DNA of 18,256 nucleotides from a virus (IMGVR_UViG_2778261299_000001:1-18256); one strand, 5' to 3'; shown: positions 7,963 through 15,611, counted from the stretch's first letter. Notes: generated by a model not told the origin, from the letters alone. Numbers and translations are program-made.

Positions 7963-8340
7963 ATGAAAAAGAAATTAATCAGCGGGCTGTTTCTGATGTT
8001 ATGGATGGCGCTGTTAATCGAAGCAATGGTGTATCCGCAGGGGATTTTTCCGGTACTGGCAGCGTCCGGCGTTTGGGTAGCCTGTTTGCTGACATGGGCG
8101 GTAATTCCGGTAGCACTGGCTGCGTTAATTAAGAATGGCCCGCTCTGGCAGGAGTTGAGGGCATCTTTGCTGAAGACAATTACCCGAAAAGAAAACGTAT
8201 TTATCAGCTGGATGATGCGATTGCTGATTGTCGTCAGTCTCGCCTGGACGGGGTGGGCTATTACCCTGGTCTTTTATCTACTGACCGTTATTGCCTTCTG
8301 GATCACCCGTAATCAGATGGCTCAACAGGTAGCAGCATGA
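7963..8340 (+). CDS. lysA: LysA-like membrane protein (lysis timing accessory)
   Basis: ATG at 7963 with AGGGAG 9 nt upstream. Polytopic hydrophobic protein in the lysA position. Confidence 0.55.
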   Translation: MKKKLISGLFLMLWMALLIEAMVYPQGIFPVLAASGVWVACLLTWAVIPVALAALIKNGPLWQELRASLLKTITRKENVFISWMMRLLIVVSLAWTGWAITLVFYLLTVIAFWITRNQMAQQVAA

Positions 8341-8765
8341 ACCGGTTGCTGCTGGTTGTGCTGGCGTTATTACTGGCGGCGCTGGGCTGGCAGACGTGGC
8401 GGCTGGCTGATGCCAGCCAGACCATCAGCACGCAGGCAGACGAGCTGCAGAGCAAAAGCCAGGCACTGGCAAAGAGCAACAGCCAGCTTATCAGCCTGTC
8501 CATTCTGACTGAAACCAATAACCGGGAGCAGGCGCGGCTCTATGCCGAAGCAGAACAGACCAGCGCGCTGCTGAGACAACGACAACACCGGATCGAGGAA
8601 CTGAAACGTGAGAACGAGGATTTACGTCGCTGGGCTGATACTCCTTTGCCTGCTGACATTATCCGGCTGCGGGAACGTCCGGCACTCACCGGAGGTACGG
8701 CTTACCGTCAGTGGTTGTCCGCGAGTGACGCCGTGTCGGCTGGATCAGGCAACGCCGCGCACTAA
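8337..8765 (+). CDS. lysB: LysB, Rz-like inner-membrane spanin
   Basis: 142-codon ORF whose start overlaps the lysA stop. N-terminal TM segment (LLLVVLALLLAALGW), then coiled-coil-like charged region. Confidence 0.6.
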   Translation: MNRLLLVVLALLLAALGWQTWRLADASQTISTQADELQSKSQALAKSNSQLISLSILTETNNREQARLYAEAEQTSALLRQRQHRIEELKRENEDLRRWADTPLPADIIRLRERPALTGGTAYRQWLSASDAVSAGSGNAAH

Positions 8766-8898
8766 TGGTGATCTGAACGCGTTGCTGGATGAAACGGAGG
8801 CTGCCTGGGCGGTCTGTGCAGACAAAGTGGACATGATTATTGCGTGTCAGGAGCGAAACAGTGAACAAACCACAATCCCTGCGCCACGCCCTCAATAA
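8608..8898 (+). CDS. lysC: LysC, Rz1-like outer-membrane lipoprotein spanin, embedded in and extending past lysB in another frame
   Basis: ORF in a different frame from lysB with a lipoprotein-type signal and lipobox (LLCLLTLSG-C). GTG start at 8608 is a guess; the real start may be further downstream. Confidence 0.45.
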   Translation: MRTRIYVAGLILLCLLTLSGCGNVRHSPEVRLTVSGCPRVTPCRLDQATPRTNGDLNALLDETEAAWAVCADKVDMIIACQERNSEQTTIPAPRPQ

Positions 8899-9292
8899 AG
8901 CGGTGCCTTATGTCCGCAATAACCCGGACAAACTGCATCTGTTTGTGGATAACGGTTCGCTGGTTGCCACGGGGGCCAGCTCCATGTCGTGGGAGTACCG
9001 TTACACCCTGAACGCGGTGATTGAGGATTTCAGCGGCGACCAGAATCTGCTGATGGCCCCGGTTTTGCTGTGGCTGAGGGATAACCAGCCCGATGCCATC
9101 AATAACCCGGCGTTACGGGAAAAACTATTCACCTTTGAGGTGGATATTCTGCGCAACGATGTCTGTGATATCAGCCTGAACCTGCAACTGACGGAGCGTG
9201 TGCTGGTCAGCACTGACGGCAGTGTGTCGAGCGTTGAAGCTGTAGCGGAACCTGATGAACCTGAAGAAATGTGGACGGTGAAACGTGGCTGA
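8861..9292 (+). CDS. R: tail completion protein, P2 gpR-like
   Basis: ORF in the R position. I prefer GTG 8861 (VNKPQSLRHAL...) because AGGAG lies 7 nt upstream; the ORF track start at 8840 is a TTG. Confidence 0.7.
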   Translation: MNKPQSLRHALNKAVPYVRNNPDKLHLFVDNGSLVATGASSMSWEYRYTLNAVIEDFSGDQNLLMAPVLLWLRDNQPDAINNPALREKLFTFEVDILRNDVCDISLNLQLTERVLVSTDGSVSSVEAVAEPDEPEEMWTVKRG

Positions 9293-9731
9293 ACTGCAGA
9301 AAGTGGACGACTGGCTGAGTGCCTTGCTGGCGAATCTGGAACCAGCCGCAAGAAGCCGCATGATGCGCCAGCTGGCGCAGGAACTGCGCCGGACACAGCA
9401 GCAGAATATCAGAATGCAGCGCAATCCAGATGGCAGCAGTTATGAACCTCGACGGGTAACAGCACGCAGTAAAAAGGGGCGCATCAAACGTCAGATGTTT
9501 GCAAAGCTGCGCACCACAAAATACCTGAAAACTGCCGCCAGCGCCGACTCTGCCAGCGTACAGTTTGAAGGCAAAGTGCAGCGTATTGCCCGTGTTCACC
9601 ATTACGGCCTGCGTGATCGCGTCAGTCGCAAAGGACCGGAGGTCCGTTACGCAGAGCGCCGCCTGCTGGGTGTAAATGATGATGTTGAGGCAATGACCCG
9701 CGACATGATTCTGCAATGGCTGGCGGGGTGA
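9285..9731 (+). CDS. S: tail completion / virion morphogenesis protein, P2 gpS-like
   Basis: 148-codon ORF with GTG start overlapping the R stop. Size and position match P2 gpS. Confidence 0.7.
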   Translation: MAELQKVDDWLSALLANLEPAARSRMMRQLAQELRRTQQQNIRMQRNPDGSSYEPRRVTARSKKGRIKRQMFAKLRTTKYLKTAASADSASVQFEGKVQRIARVHHYGLRDRVSRKGPEVRYAERRLLGVNDDVEAMTRDMILQWLAG

Positions 9732-9735
9732 TCTT

Positions 9736-9753
9736 TGTATCAGCACTGATACA
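9736..9753. promoter_or_regulatory. TGT-N12-ACA dyad (Ogr-type box) of the late promoter upstream of V
   Basis: Read directly: TGT 9736-9738, 12 nt, ACA 9751-9753, in the 68-bp S-V intergenic gap. Spacing to the V start codon (9800) is short, so the exact transcription start is uncertain. Confidence 0.5.
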
Positions 9754-9799
9754 AGTTGCAGCACTGCCGCCTTTCTTCCCCTGATGGCAACCTTTCCCT

Positions 9800-10378
9800 A
9801 TGAACGCACAATTAACCGAAATCATGCGCCTTATCACCAACCTGATTCGCACAGGGGTAGTCACCGAAGTGGACAGGGAAAACTGGCTTTGCCGGGTGAA
9901 AACGGGCGAGCTTGAAACCAACTGGATTAGCTGGCTGACGCTGCGTGCCGGGAATGCCCGCACATGGTGGCGACCATCGGAAGGTGAGCAGGTGGTGCTG
10001 CTGAGTCTGGGCGGCAATCTGGAAACCGCCTTTGCGCTGCCCGCTGTCTATTCGAATCAGTTCGCACCACCGTCGACGTCGGCGGACGCCTGCGTGACAG
10101 AACATCCTGACGGTGGCTGGTTTGAATACGAACCCGCCACCGGGCGCTGGTATGTCAGGGGCATCAAATCAATGGTCATTGAGGCCGCTGACAACATCAC
10201 CATGAAAACCAGTGAGTTTGTACTGGAGGCTGACCGCACGCGCATTAACAGCGAAGTGGTGATCAATGGTGGCGTTACCCAGGGCGGCGGAGCGATGAGT
10301 TCTAACGGGATCGTGGTTGATGCGCATCAGCATACTGGCGTCCTGAAAGGCGGCGATACAACCGGAGGCCCGGTATGA
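9800..10378 (+). CDS. V: baseplate spike/assembly protein, P2 gpV-like
   Basis: 192-codon ORF, first gene after the S-V promoter gap. Gly-rich C-terminus typical of gpV-like spikes. Confidence 0.8.
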   Translation: MNAQLTEIMRLITNLIRTGVVTEVDRENWLCRVKTGELETNWISWLTLRAGNARTWWRPSEGEQVVLLSLGGNLETAFALPAVYSNQFAPPSTSADACVTEHPDGGWFEYEPATGRWYVRGIKSMVIEAADNITMKTSEFVLEADRTRINSEVVINGGVTQGGGAMSSNGIVVDAHQHTGVLKGGDTTGGPV

Positions 10379-10734
10379 CGCTTTATAGCGGGATGAACAA
10401 TACCAGCGGTAAAGCCATTACTGATATTGACCATCTGCGTCAGTCGGTGCGGGACATTCTACTGACACCGCAGGGTAGCCGCATTGCCCGTCGTGAATAT
10501 GGTTCCCTGCTGTCGACACTGATAGACCAGCCACAAAATCCGGCATTACGCCTGCAGGTCATGTCGGCAGTGTATGTGGCGCTGAGTCGCTGGGAGCCAC
10601 GGCTGACGCTGGATTCCATCACCATTAAAAGCAATTTTGACGGTTCAATGGTGGTGGGGCTGACCGGGCGGCGTAATAACGGTGTGCCTGTTTCCCTTTC
10701 CGTATCAACAGGAGCAGAGAATGGCAGTGATTGA
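10375..10734 (+). CDS. W: baseplate wedge protein, P2 gpW-like
   Basis: 119-codon ORF overlapping the V stop (ATGA). Size and position match P2 gpW. Confidence 0.8.
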   Translation: MTLYSGMNNTSGKAITDIDHLRQSVRDILLTPQGSRIARREYGSLLSTLIDQPQNPALRLQVMSAVYVALSRWEPRLTLDSITIKSNFDGSMVVGLTGRRNNGVPVSLSVSTGAENGSD

Positions 10735-11629
10735 CCTTTCGCAGTTGCCTGCGCCGCAGATTGTGGATGTGCCGGACTTTGAGACGCTGCTTGCCGAACG
10801 CAAGGCAGAATTTGTGGCGCTTCATCCGAAAGATGAGCAGGAAGCAGTAATGCGTACGCTGGAGCTTGAATCTGAACCCGTCACCAAATTGCTGCAGGAG
10901 AACGCTTACCGTGAGTTGCTTCTGCGCCAGCGCATTAACGAAGCCGCGCAGGCTGTGATGGTGGCTTACGCGATGGGCGGCGATCTTGACCAGCTCGCTG
11001 CCAACTACAACGTGACACGCCTGACGGTGACGCCTGCTGATAATGATGCTGTGCCGCCCGTTGCAGCTGTGATGGAAAGCGATGAAGCGTTACGCCTGCG
11101 TGTGCCTGCAGCCTTTGAAGGGCTTTCTGTTGCGGGGCCAACTGCAGCTTATGAATTTCATGCCCGAAGCGCCGACGGTCGGGTGGCGGATGCCAGTGCA
11201 ACCAGCCCGGCACCTGCAGAGGTGGTACTGACTGTCCTGAGTCGTGAAGGCGACGGAACAGCAGAAAAAGACTTGCTGGATGTGGTGGAGAAAGCCCTGA
11301 ACAGTGAGAACGTCCGCCCGGTGGCTGACCGTCTGACGGTTCGCAGCGCAGAAATCATCCCGTACCGTGTGGAAGCTACCATTTTTCTTTATCCGGGACC
11401 GGAAGCAGAGCCGGTAATGGCAGCGGCAAAAGTCAGCCTGCAGAGGTACATCGCCAGTCAGACGCGGCTGGGTCGGGATATTCGCCGTAGCGCCATTTTT
11501 GCCGCCCTGCATGTTGAGGGTGTGCAGCGTGTGGAACTGGCTTCTCCGCTGGCGGATGTGGTCCTGAACAAAACACAGGCGGCATCATGTACGCAGTGGA
11601 GCGTAACCAACGGAGGAACGGATGAATAG
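10721..11629 (+). CDS. J: baseplate assembly protein, P2 gpJ-like
   Basis: ATG at 10721 with AGGAG 6 nt upstream gives 302 codons, matching P2 gpJ length as I recall it. The ORF track start at 10682 is a GTG. Confidence 0.85.
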   Translation: MAVIDLSQLPAPQIVDVPDFETLLAERKAEFVALHPKDEQEAVMRTLELESEPVTKLLQENAYRELLLRQRINEAAQAVMVAYAMGGDLDQLAANYNVTRLTVTPADNDAVPPVAAVMESDEALRLRVPAAFEGLSVAGPTAAYEFHARSADGRVADASATSPAPAEVVLTVLSREGDGTAEKDLLDVVEKALNSENVRPVADRLTVRSAEIIPYRVEATIFLYPGPEAEPVMAAAKVSLQRYIASQTRLGRDIRRSAIFAALHVEGVQRVELASPLADVVLNKTQAASCTQWSVTNGGTDE

Positions 11630-12227
11630 TCTGCTGCCACCGGGTTCAACGCCACTGGAGCGCCGACTGGCACAAACCTGCAGCGGGATTTCTGATTTGC
11701 AGGTGCCGCTACGTGACTTGTGGAATCCGGCGACCTGTCCGGTCAGTTTCCTGCCTTATCTCGCCTGGGCGTTCTCTGTGGATCGCTGGGACGAGGGCTG
11801 GACAGAAAGCGTCAAGCGCCAGGTGGTGAAGGATGCTTTTTATATTCATCAGCATAAAGGAACCACCAGTGCCGTGCGGCGGGTGGTGGAGCCGTTCGGC
11901 TTCCTGATCCGCATTATTGAGTGGTGGCAGACCGGAGAAACACCGGGCACGTTTCGCCTGGATATCGGCGTGCAGGACCAGGGCATCACTGAAGATACCT
12001 ATCTGGAACTTGAGCGACTGATAAGCGATGCCAAACCATGTAGCCGTCACATGATCGGCATGTCTATCAATCTGCAGACCAGCGGCCCGCATTGGGTGGG
12101 AGCCGCCAGCTATCTTGGCGAAGAAATCACGATCTATCCGTATATCAACGAAACAATTATTTCCGGCGGCACCGCGCATGAAGGCGGGGCGGTCCATGTT
12201 ATTGACACAATGAGAGTGAATCCATGA
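11622..12227 (+). CDS. I: baseplate/tail protein, P2 gpI-like
   Basis: 201-codon ORF overlapping the J stop, followed directly by H. Confidence 0.75.
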   Translation: MNSLLPPGSTPLERRLAQTCSGISDLQVPLRDLWNPATCPVSFLPYLAWAFSVDRWDEGWTESVKRQVVKDAFYIHQHKGTTSAVRRVVEPFGFLIRIIEWWQTGETPGTFRLDIGVQDQGITEDTYLELERLISDAKPCSRHMIGMSINLQTSGPHWVGAASYLGEEITIYPYINETIISGGTAHEGGAVHVIDTMRVNP

Positions 12228-13810
12228 GCACAAAATTTTATACCCTGCTGACGGATATTGGCGCGGCGAAACTTGCCAGCGCCGCCGCGCTCGGTGTGCC
12301 TTTAAAAATTACCCATATGGCAGTCGGCGATGGCGGCGGAATATTGCCAACGCCGGACGCAAAGCAGACAGCACTGGTAAATGAGAAACGCCGGGCTGCG
12401 CTGAATATGCTCTATATCGACCCGCAGAACAGCAGCCAGATTATTGCCGAACAGGTGATCCCTGAAAATGAGGGCGGTTGGTGGATCCGTGAAGTGGGCC
12501 TGTTTGATGAGTCCGGGGCATTGATTGCCGTGGGTAACTGCCCGGAAAGCTATAAGCCGCAACTGGCTGAAGGCAGCGGGCGTACCCAGACCGTGCGCAT
12601 GGTGCTGATTACCAGCAGCACGGACAATATCACCCTGAAAATCGACCCTGCCGTCGTGCTGGCAACCCGCAAGTATGTGGATGACAAGGTACTGGAGCTG
12701 AAGGTGTACGTGGATGACCTGATGGCAAAACATCTTATCGCACAGGACCCACATTCACAGTACGCGCCAAAAGCCAGCCCGACATTTAGCGGAACCCCCA
12801 AAGCGCCAACGCCAGCGGCGGGGAATAATACCACGCAGGTTGCGACCACTGCGTTTGTACAGGCGGCACTGACGGCCCTTATTAATGGTGCGCCAGCCAC
12901 GCTGGACACGTTGAAAGAAATAGCCGCAGCCATTAACAATGATCCGAATTTCAGTACCACCATTAACAATGCGCTGGCACTGAAAGCACCGTTGTCGAGT
13001 CCGGCACTCACCGGAACGCCAACAGCCCCCACGGCGGCGCAGTCGGTCAACAATACACAGATTGCCACTACGGCTTTTGTGAAATCGGCGATTGCAGGAA
13101 TGGTGGGTTCTGCACCTGCTGCACTGGATACACTGAACGAACTGGCGGCGGCACTGGGAAATGATCCGAACTTTGCCACGACAATGCTTAATGCGCTGGC
13201 AGGTAAACAACCGCTGGACAATACGCTTACCAATTTGAGTGGAAAGGATGTGGCTGGTCTTCTCGCATACCTTGGTTTGGGAGAAGGCTCAGCATTACCT
13301 GTTGGGGTGCCTGTTCCGTGGCCTTCAGCCACTCCGCCAACAGGCTGGCTGAAATGCAATGGTGCGGCTTTTTCTGCTGAAGAATACCCGGAACTGGCAA
13401 AGGCTTACCCGACAAATAAATTGCCTGATTTACGCGGTGAATTTATTCGTGGATGGGATGATGGGCGCGGGGTGGATGCGGGGCGAGCCTTGTTAAGTCT
13501 TCAGGATGACTCTTTTGAAGCTCACAGACATGAGTCCTTTTTTTACGCGGGTATTTCACGCAATGAAACACCATTAAAAAATCTTCCAAGTTCAGACGAG
13601 ATGCTGACTTTAAGTTCCACAACTAATGCCTTGTCCCCGGACAGTATTGATGCCACCAATTCGTTAATTGGTAATGATGATTACAACTGTCTGATTGAAG
13701 GAAATAAAAATAACAAACGAACGGCAACGGGGTTGAGTACCAGTATTGTCGGTGCAGCAGAGACACGCCCACGTAATATTTCATTTAATTACATTGTGAG
13801 GGCTGCATGA
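12224..13810 (+). CDS. H: tail fibre protein, P2 gpH-like, with conserved N-terminal part, internal repeats and a C-terminal collar-like receptor-binding tip in the current orientation
   Basis: 528-codon ORF. Two diverged copies of an ~55-aa motif in the middle. C-terminal segment (WLKCNGAAFSAEEYPELAKAYP..LPDLRGEFIRGWDDGRGVDAGR...H.H) resembles phage tail-collar domains. An invertase crossover site lies inside the gene at 13260-13285. Confidence 0.85.
   Translation: MSTKFYTLLTDIGAAKLASAAALGVPLKITHMAVGDGGGILPTPDAKQTALVNEKRRAALNMLYIDPQNSSQIIAEQVIPENEGGWWIREVGLFDESGALIAVGNCPESYKPQLAEGSGRTQTVRMVLITSSTDNITLKIDPAVVLATRKYVDDKVLELKVYVDDLMAKHLIAQDPHSQYAPKASPTFSGTPKAPTPAAGNNTTQVATTAFVQAALTALINGAPATLDTLKEIAAAINNDPNFSTTINNALALKAPLSSPALTGTPTAPTAAQSVNNTQIATTAFVKSAIAGMVGSAPAALDTLNELAAALGNDPNFATTMLNALAGKQPLDNTLTNLSGKDVAGLLAYLGLGEGSALPVGVPVPWPSATPPTGWLKCNGAAFSAEEYPELAKAYPTNKLPDLRGEFIRGWDDGRGVDAGRALLSLQDDSFEAHRHESFFYAGISRNETPLKNLPSSDEMLTLSSTTNALSPDSIDATNSLIGNDDYNCLIEGNKNNKRTATGLSTSIVGAAETRPRNISFNYIVRAA
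13260..13285. repeat. left 26-bp invertase crossover site (gix/hix-like), inside H at the constant/variable boundary
   Basis: TTCTCGCATACC-TT-GGTTTGGGAGAA is an imperfect palindrome of two 12-bp half-sites of the type TTCTC..AAACC around a central TT. Its right half is the exact reverse complement of the left half of the site at 14898-14923. Confidence 0.75.
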
Positions 13811-14415
13811 TGTATAACGCTATCTTAAATAATAAATTTATTGCCACAAAGGCAGGAGAGATTACCGTTTATAACTATGACAGTGAGACACGGGAGTATA
13901 TTTCTGCATCAATTGAATATCTTGCTGTGGGTGTCGGTATCCCCGCATATTCCTGTTTAGATGCTCCTGGCACACATAAGGCTGGTTATGCAATCTGCCG
14001 TTCTGCAGATTTTAACTCATGGGAATATGTGCCAGACCATCGCGGTGAAATCGTCTTTAGCACCGAAACAGGAGAATCAAAAGAAATCACAGCTCCGGGT
14101 GATTACCCTGATAATACAACCACTATCGCCCCGTTAACACCATACGATAAATGGGATGGTGAGAAATGGGTGACGGATACCGAGGCACAGCATAGCGCCG
14201 CAGTAGATGCAGCAGAAGCACAACGCCAGTCGCTGATTGATACTGCAATGGCTTCCATCAGTCTGATTCAACTGAAATTACAGGCCGGACGGAATCTGAC
14301 GCAGGCAGAAACCAGCCGACTTAACACGGTGCTGGATTACATTGACGCGGTGACGGCAACAGATACCAGCACCGCGCCTGATATTATTTGGCCTGTATTC
14401 CCTGAGACTGATTAA
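13807..14415 (+). CDS. G: tail fibre assembly chaperone (Tfa; P2 gpG / Mu U-like)
   Basis: 202-codon ORF overlapping the H stop (ATGA). C-terminus TDTSTAPDIIWPVFPETD closely resembles the conserved C-terminus of lambda Tfa as I recall it. Confidence 0.85.
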   Translation: MMYNAILNNKFIATKAGEITVYNYDSETREYISASIEYLAVGVGIPAYSCLDAPGTHKAGYAICRSADFNSWEYVPDHRGEIVFSTETGESKEITAPGDYPDNTTTIAPLTPYDKWDGEKWVTDTEAQHSAAVDAAEAQRQSLIDTAMASISLIQLKLQAGRNLTQAETSRLNTVLDYIDAVTATDTSTAPDIIWPVFPETD

Positions 14416-14644
14416 CCTCAATTAGTATTGGTTCGCCTTTCTCATTAATTGTTAGCTCCATGCCCTGAGGAATTTCTGTCATAGTAAAAAACCAATTGTC
14501 CTCCGGTAATTCAATAGCCCCGGTCACGTCATGAAGACCGGGGATTACTTCAGTCAAAGTAACTGGATTAAACAGGCGCACAATAAACCCTCCAGGAAAA
14601 AGCATTTGATGATGGTCTGCCGTCGTACATCTGGCAGCGGGCAT
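14384..14644 (-). CDS. possible alternative tail-fibre assembly chaperone (G'-like) or decayed remnant
   Basis: Only minus-strand ORF between the G stop and the alternative fibre-tip cassette. At 86 codons or fewer it is short, none of its candidate ATGs has a convincing ribosome-binding site, and it lacks the Tfa C-terminal motif seen in G. Confidence 0.3.
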   Translation of the reverse strand: MPAARCTTADHHQMLFPGGFIVRLFNPVTLTEVIPGLHDVTGAIELPEDNWFFTMTEIPQGMELTINEKGEPILIEVNQSQGIQAK

Positions 14645-14897
14645 AAAAGCCGGTATTTGTTACCTGATCATCCACGATCATTGAAACGTGAACATTATTA
14701 GGTGTGCTCTCGTAATCCGTTCTTATTCTTTCCGCGATACTGATAAAACGTGAAAGTTTAGGCAGTGCAATTGGGTAAACAACTTTAGCCAGTCCATTAT
14801 CATTAGATCCACCGGTTCCAAATACTTCTATTGCACCATCTGACCAGCGTATCCATGCACCATTGGCATTAGCTCCTCGCTGAATGACATATCTGGC
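14568..14897 (-). CDS. promoterless alternative tail-fibre C-terminal cassette (H'v); expressed only after inversion, as an in-frame fusion to the constant part of H
   Basis: The minus-strand frame runs through the right crossover site encoding GLGE, the same residues and frame as LGLGE at the left site in H. After inversion H would continue as ...GLGEARYVIQRGANANGAWIRW... for about 108 codons to the stop at 14568-14570. Confidence 0.65.
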   Translation of the reverse strand, partial: ARYVIQRGANANGAWIRWSDGAIEVFGTGGSNDNGLAKVVYPIALPKLSRFISIAERIRTDYESTPNNVHVSMIVDDQVTNTGFYARCQMYDGRPSSNAFSWRVYCAPV

Positions 14898-14923
14898 TTC
14901 TCCCAAACCAACGTTTATGAAAA
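14898..14923. repeat. right 26-bp invertase crossover site (gix/hix-like), just upstream of the invertase gene
   Basis: TTCTCCCAAACC-AA-CGTTTATGAAAA. The left half-site is an exact 12/12 reverse-complement match to 13274-13285, and the central dinucleotide is inverted relative to the left site. Confidence 0.75.
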
Positions 14924-14978
14924 TGCAGAGATAATGGCTAACTGGCATCATCCACGGTTTTTATTCAGGGGATTGATC

Positions 14979-15545
14979 ATGCTTATTGGCTATGTACGCG
15001 TGTCAACAAATGACCAGAACACCGATTTGCAACGTAATGCACTGAACTGCGCGGGATGTGAGCGGATTTTTGAGGATAAAATCAGTGGCACTAAGTCCGA
15101 CAGACCGGGGCTTAAAAAACTGTTCAGGACACTATCGGCAGGAGACACTCTGGTTGTCTGGAAGCTGGACAGGTTGGGGCGCAGTATGCGGCATCTTGTT
15201 ACGCTGATAGAAGAGTTGCGTCAGCGTGGCGTGAATTTCCGAAGCCTGACTGACAGTATTGATACCAGCACCCCAATGGGCCGTTTCTTTTTTCATGTCA
15301 TGGGGGCCCTGGCTGAAATGGAACGCGAACTGATAGTTGAACGTACCATGGCAGGGCTGGCTGCAGCTCGTGCCAAAGGCAGAGTAGGTGGACGCCGTCC
15401 TAAGTTGACCACCGAACAGTGGGCACAGATTGGGCGTTTACTCGAGGCCGGAGAATCAAGACAGCGTATTGCACTGATTTTTGATGTAGGCGTTTCTACC
15501 ATTTATAGAAAATTTCCGGCAAATAAGAGCAATGAATCCCCCTGA
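14979..15545 (+). CDS. serine-recombinase DNA invertase of the Gin/Hin/Pin/Cin family
   Basis: ATG at 14979 with AGGGGA 7 nt upstream. N-terminus MLIGYVRVSTNDQNTDLQ carries the catalytic serine motif of this family. Near-colinear with e14 Pin, Mu Gin and Hin as I recall them, including the C-terminal helix-turn-helix (GVSTIYRKF). Confidence 0.9.
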   Translation: MLIGYVRVSTNDQNTDLQRNALNCAGCERIFEDKISGTKSDRPGLKKLFRTLSAGDTLVVWKLDRLGRSMRHLVTLIEELRQRGVNFRSLTDSIDTSTPMGRFFFHVMGALAEMERELIVERTMAGLAAARAKGRVGGRRPKLTTEQWAQIGRLLEAGESRQRIALIFDVGVSTIYRKFPANKSNESP

Positions 15546-15593
15546 ATCAGCATTATTTTGATTATCCCTGCAAGTAGACAAATACCGTCATTT

Positions 15594-15611
15594 TGTGTGA
15601 ATAACGACACA
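15594..15611. promoter_or_regulatory. TGT-N12-ACA dyad (Ogr-type box) of the late promoter upstream of FI
   Basis: Read directly: TGT 15594-15596, 12 nt, ACA 15609-15611. A -10-like CATAGG lies about 40 nt downstream; AGGAGG is 9 nt before the FI start at 15688. Confidence 0.6.

Larger units (their letters stand above)
13260..14923. other. invertible DNA segment (Mu G-segment-like host-range switch) bounded by inverted 26-bp crossover sites
   Basis: The two sites are in inverted orientation, with central dinucleotides TT and AA. The segment holds the H variable 3' end, G, and on the opposite strand a promoterless fibre-tip cassette that would fuse in frame to H after inversion. A serine invertase gene is adjacent. 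Confidence 0.75.

Noticed and set aside
12550-13359. 269-codon minus-strand ORF, and a nested 151-codon ORF, antisense to tail fibre gene H
   Set aside because: Low-complexity Ala/Ser/Gly-rich translation mirroring the repetitive H coding strand; a typical antisense artefact.
14924-14951. ATG codons at 14951 and 14948 (minus strand) as the start of an independent gene for the alternative fibre tip
   Set aside because: These codons lie outside the invertible segment, in the invertase leader. The cassette is better explained as a promoterless H'v that is read only when fused to H after inversion.
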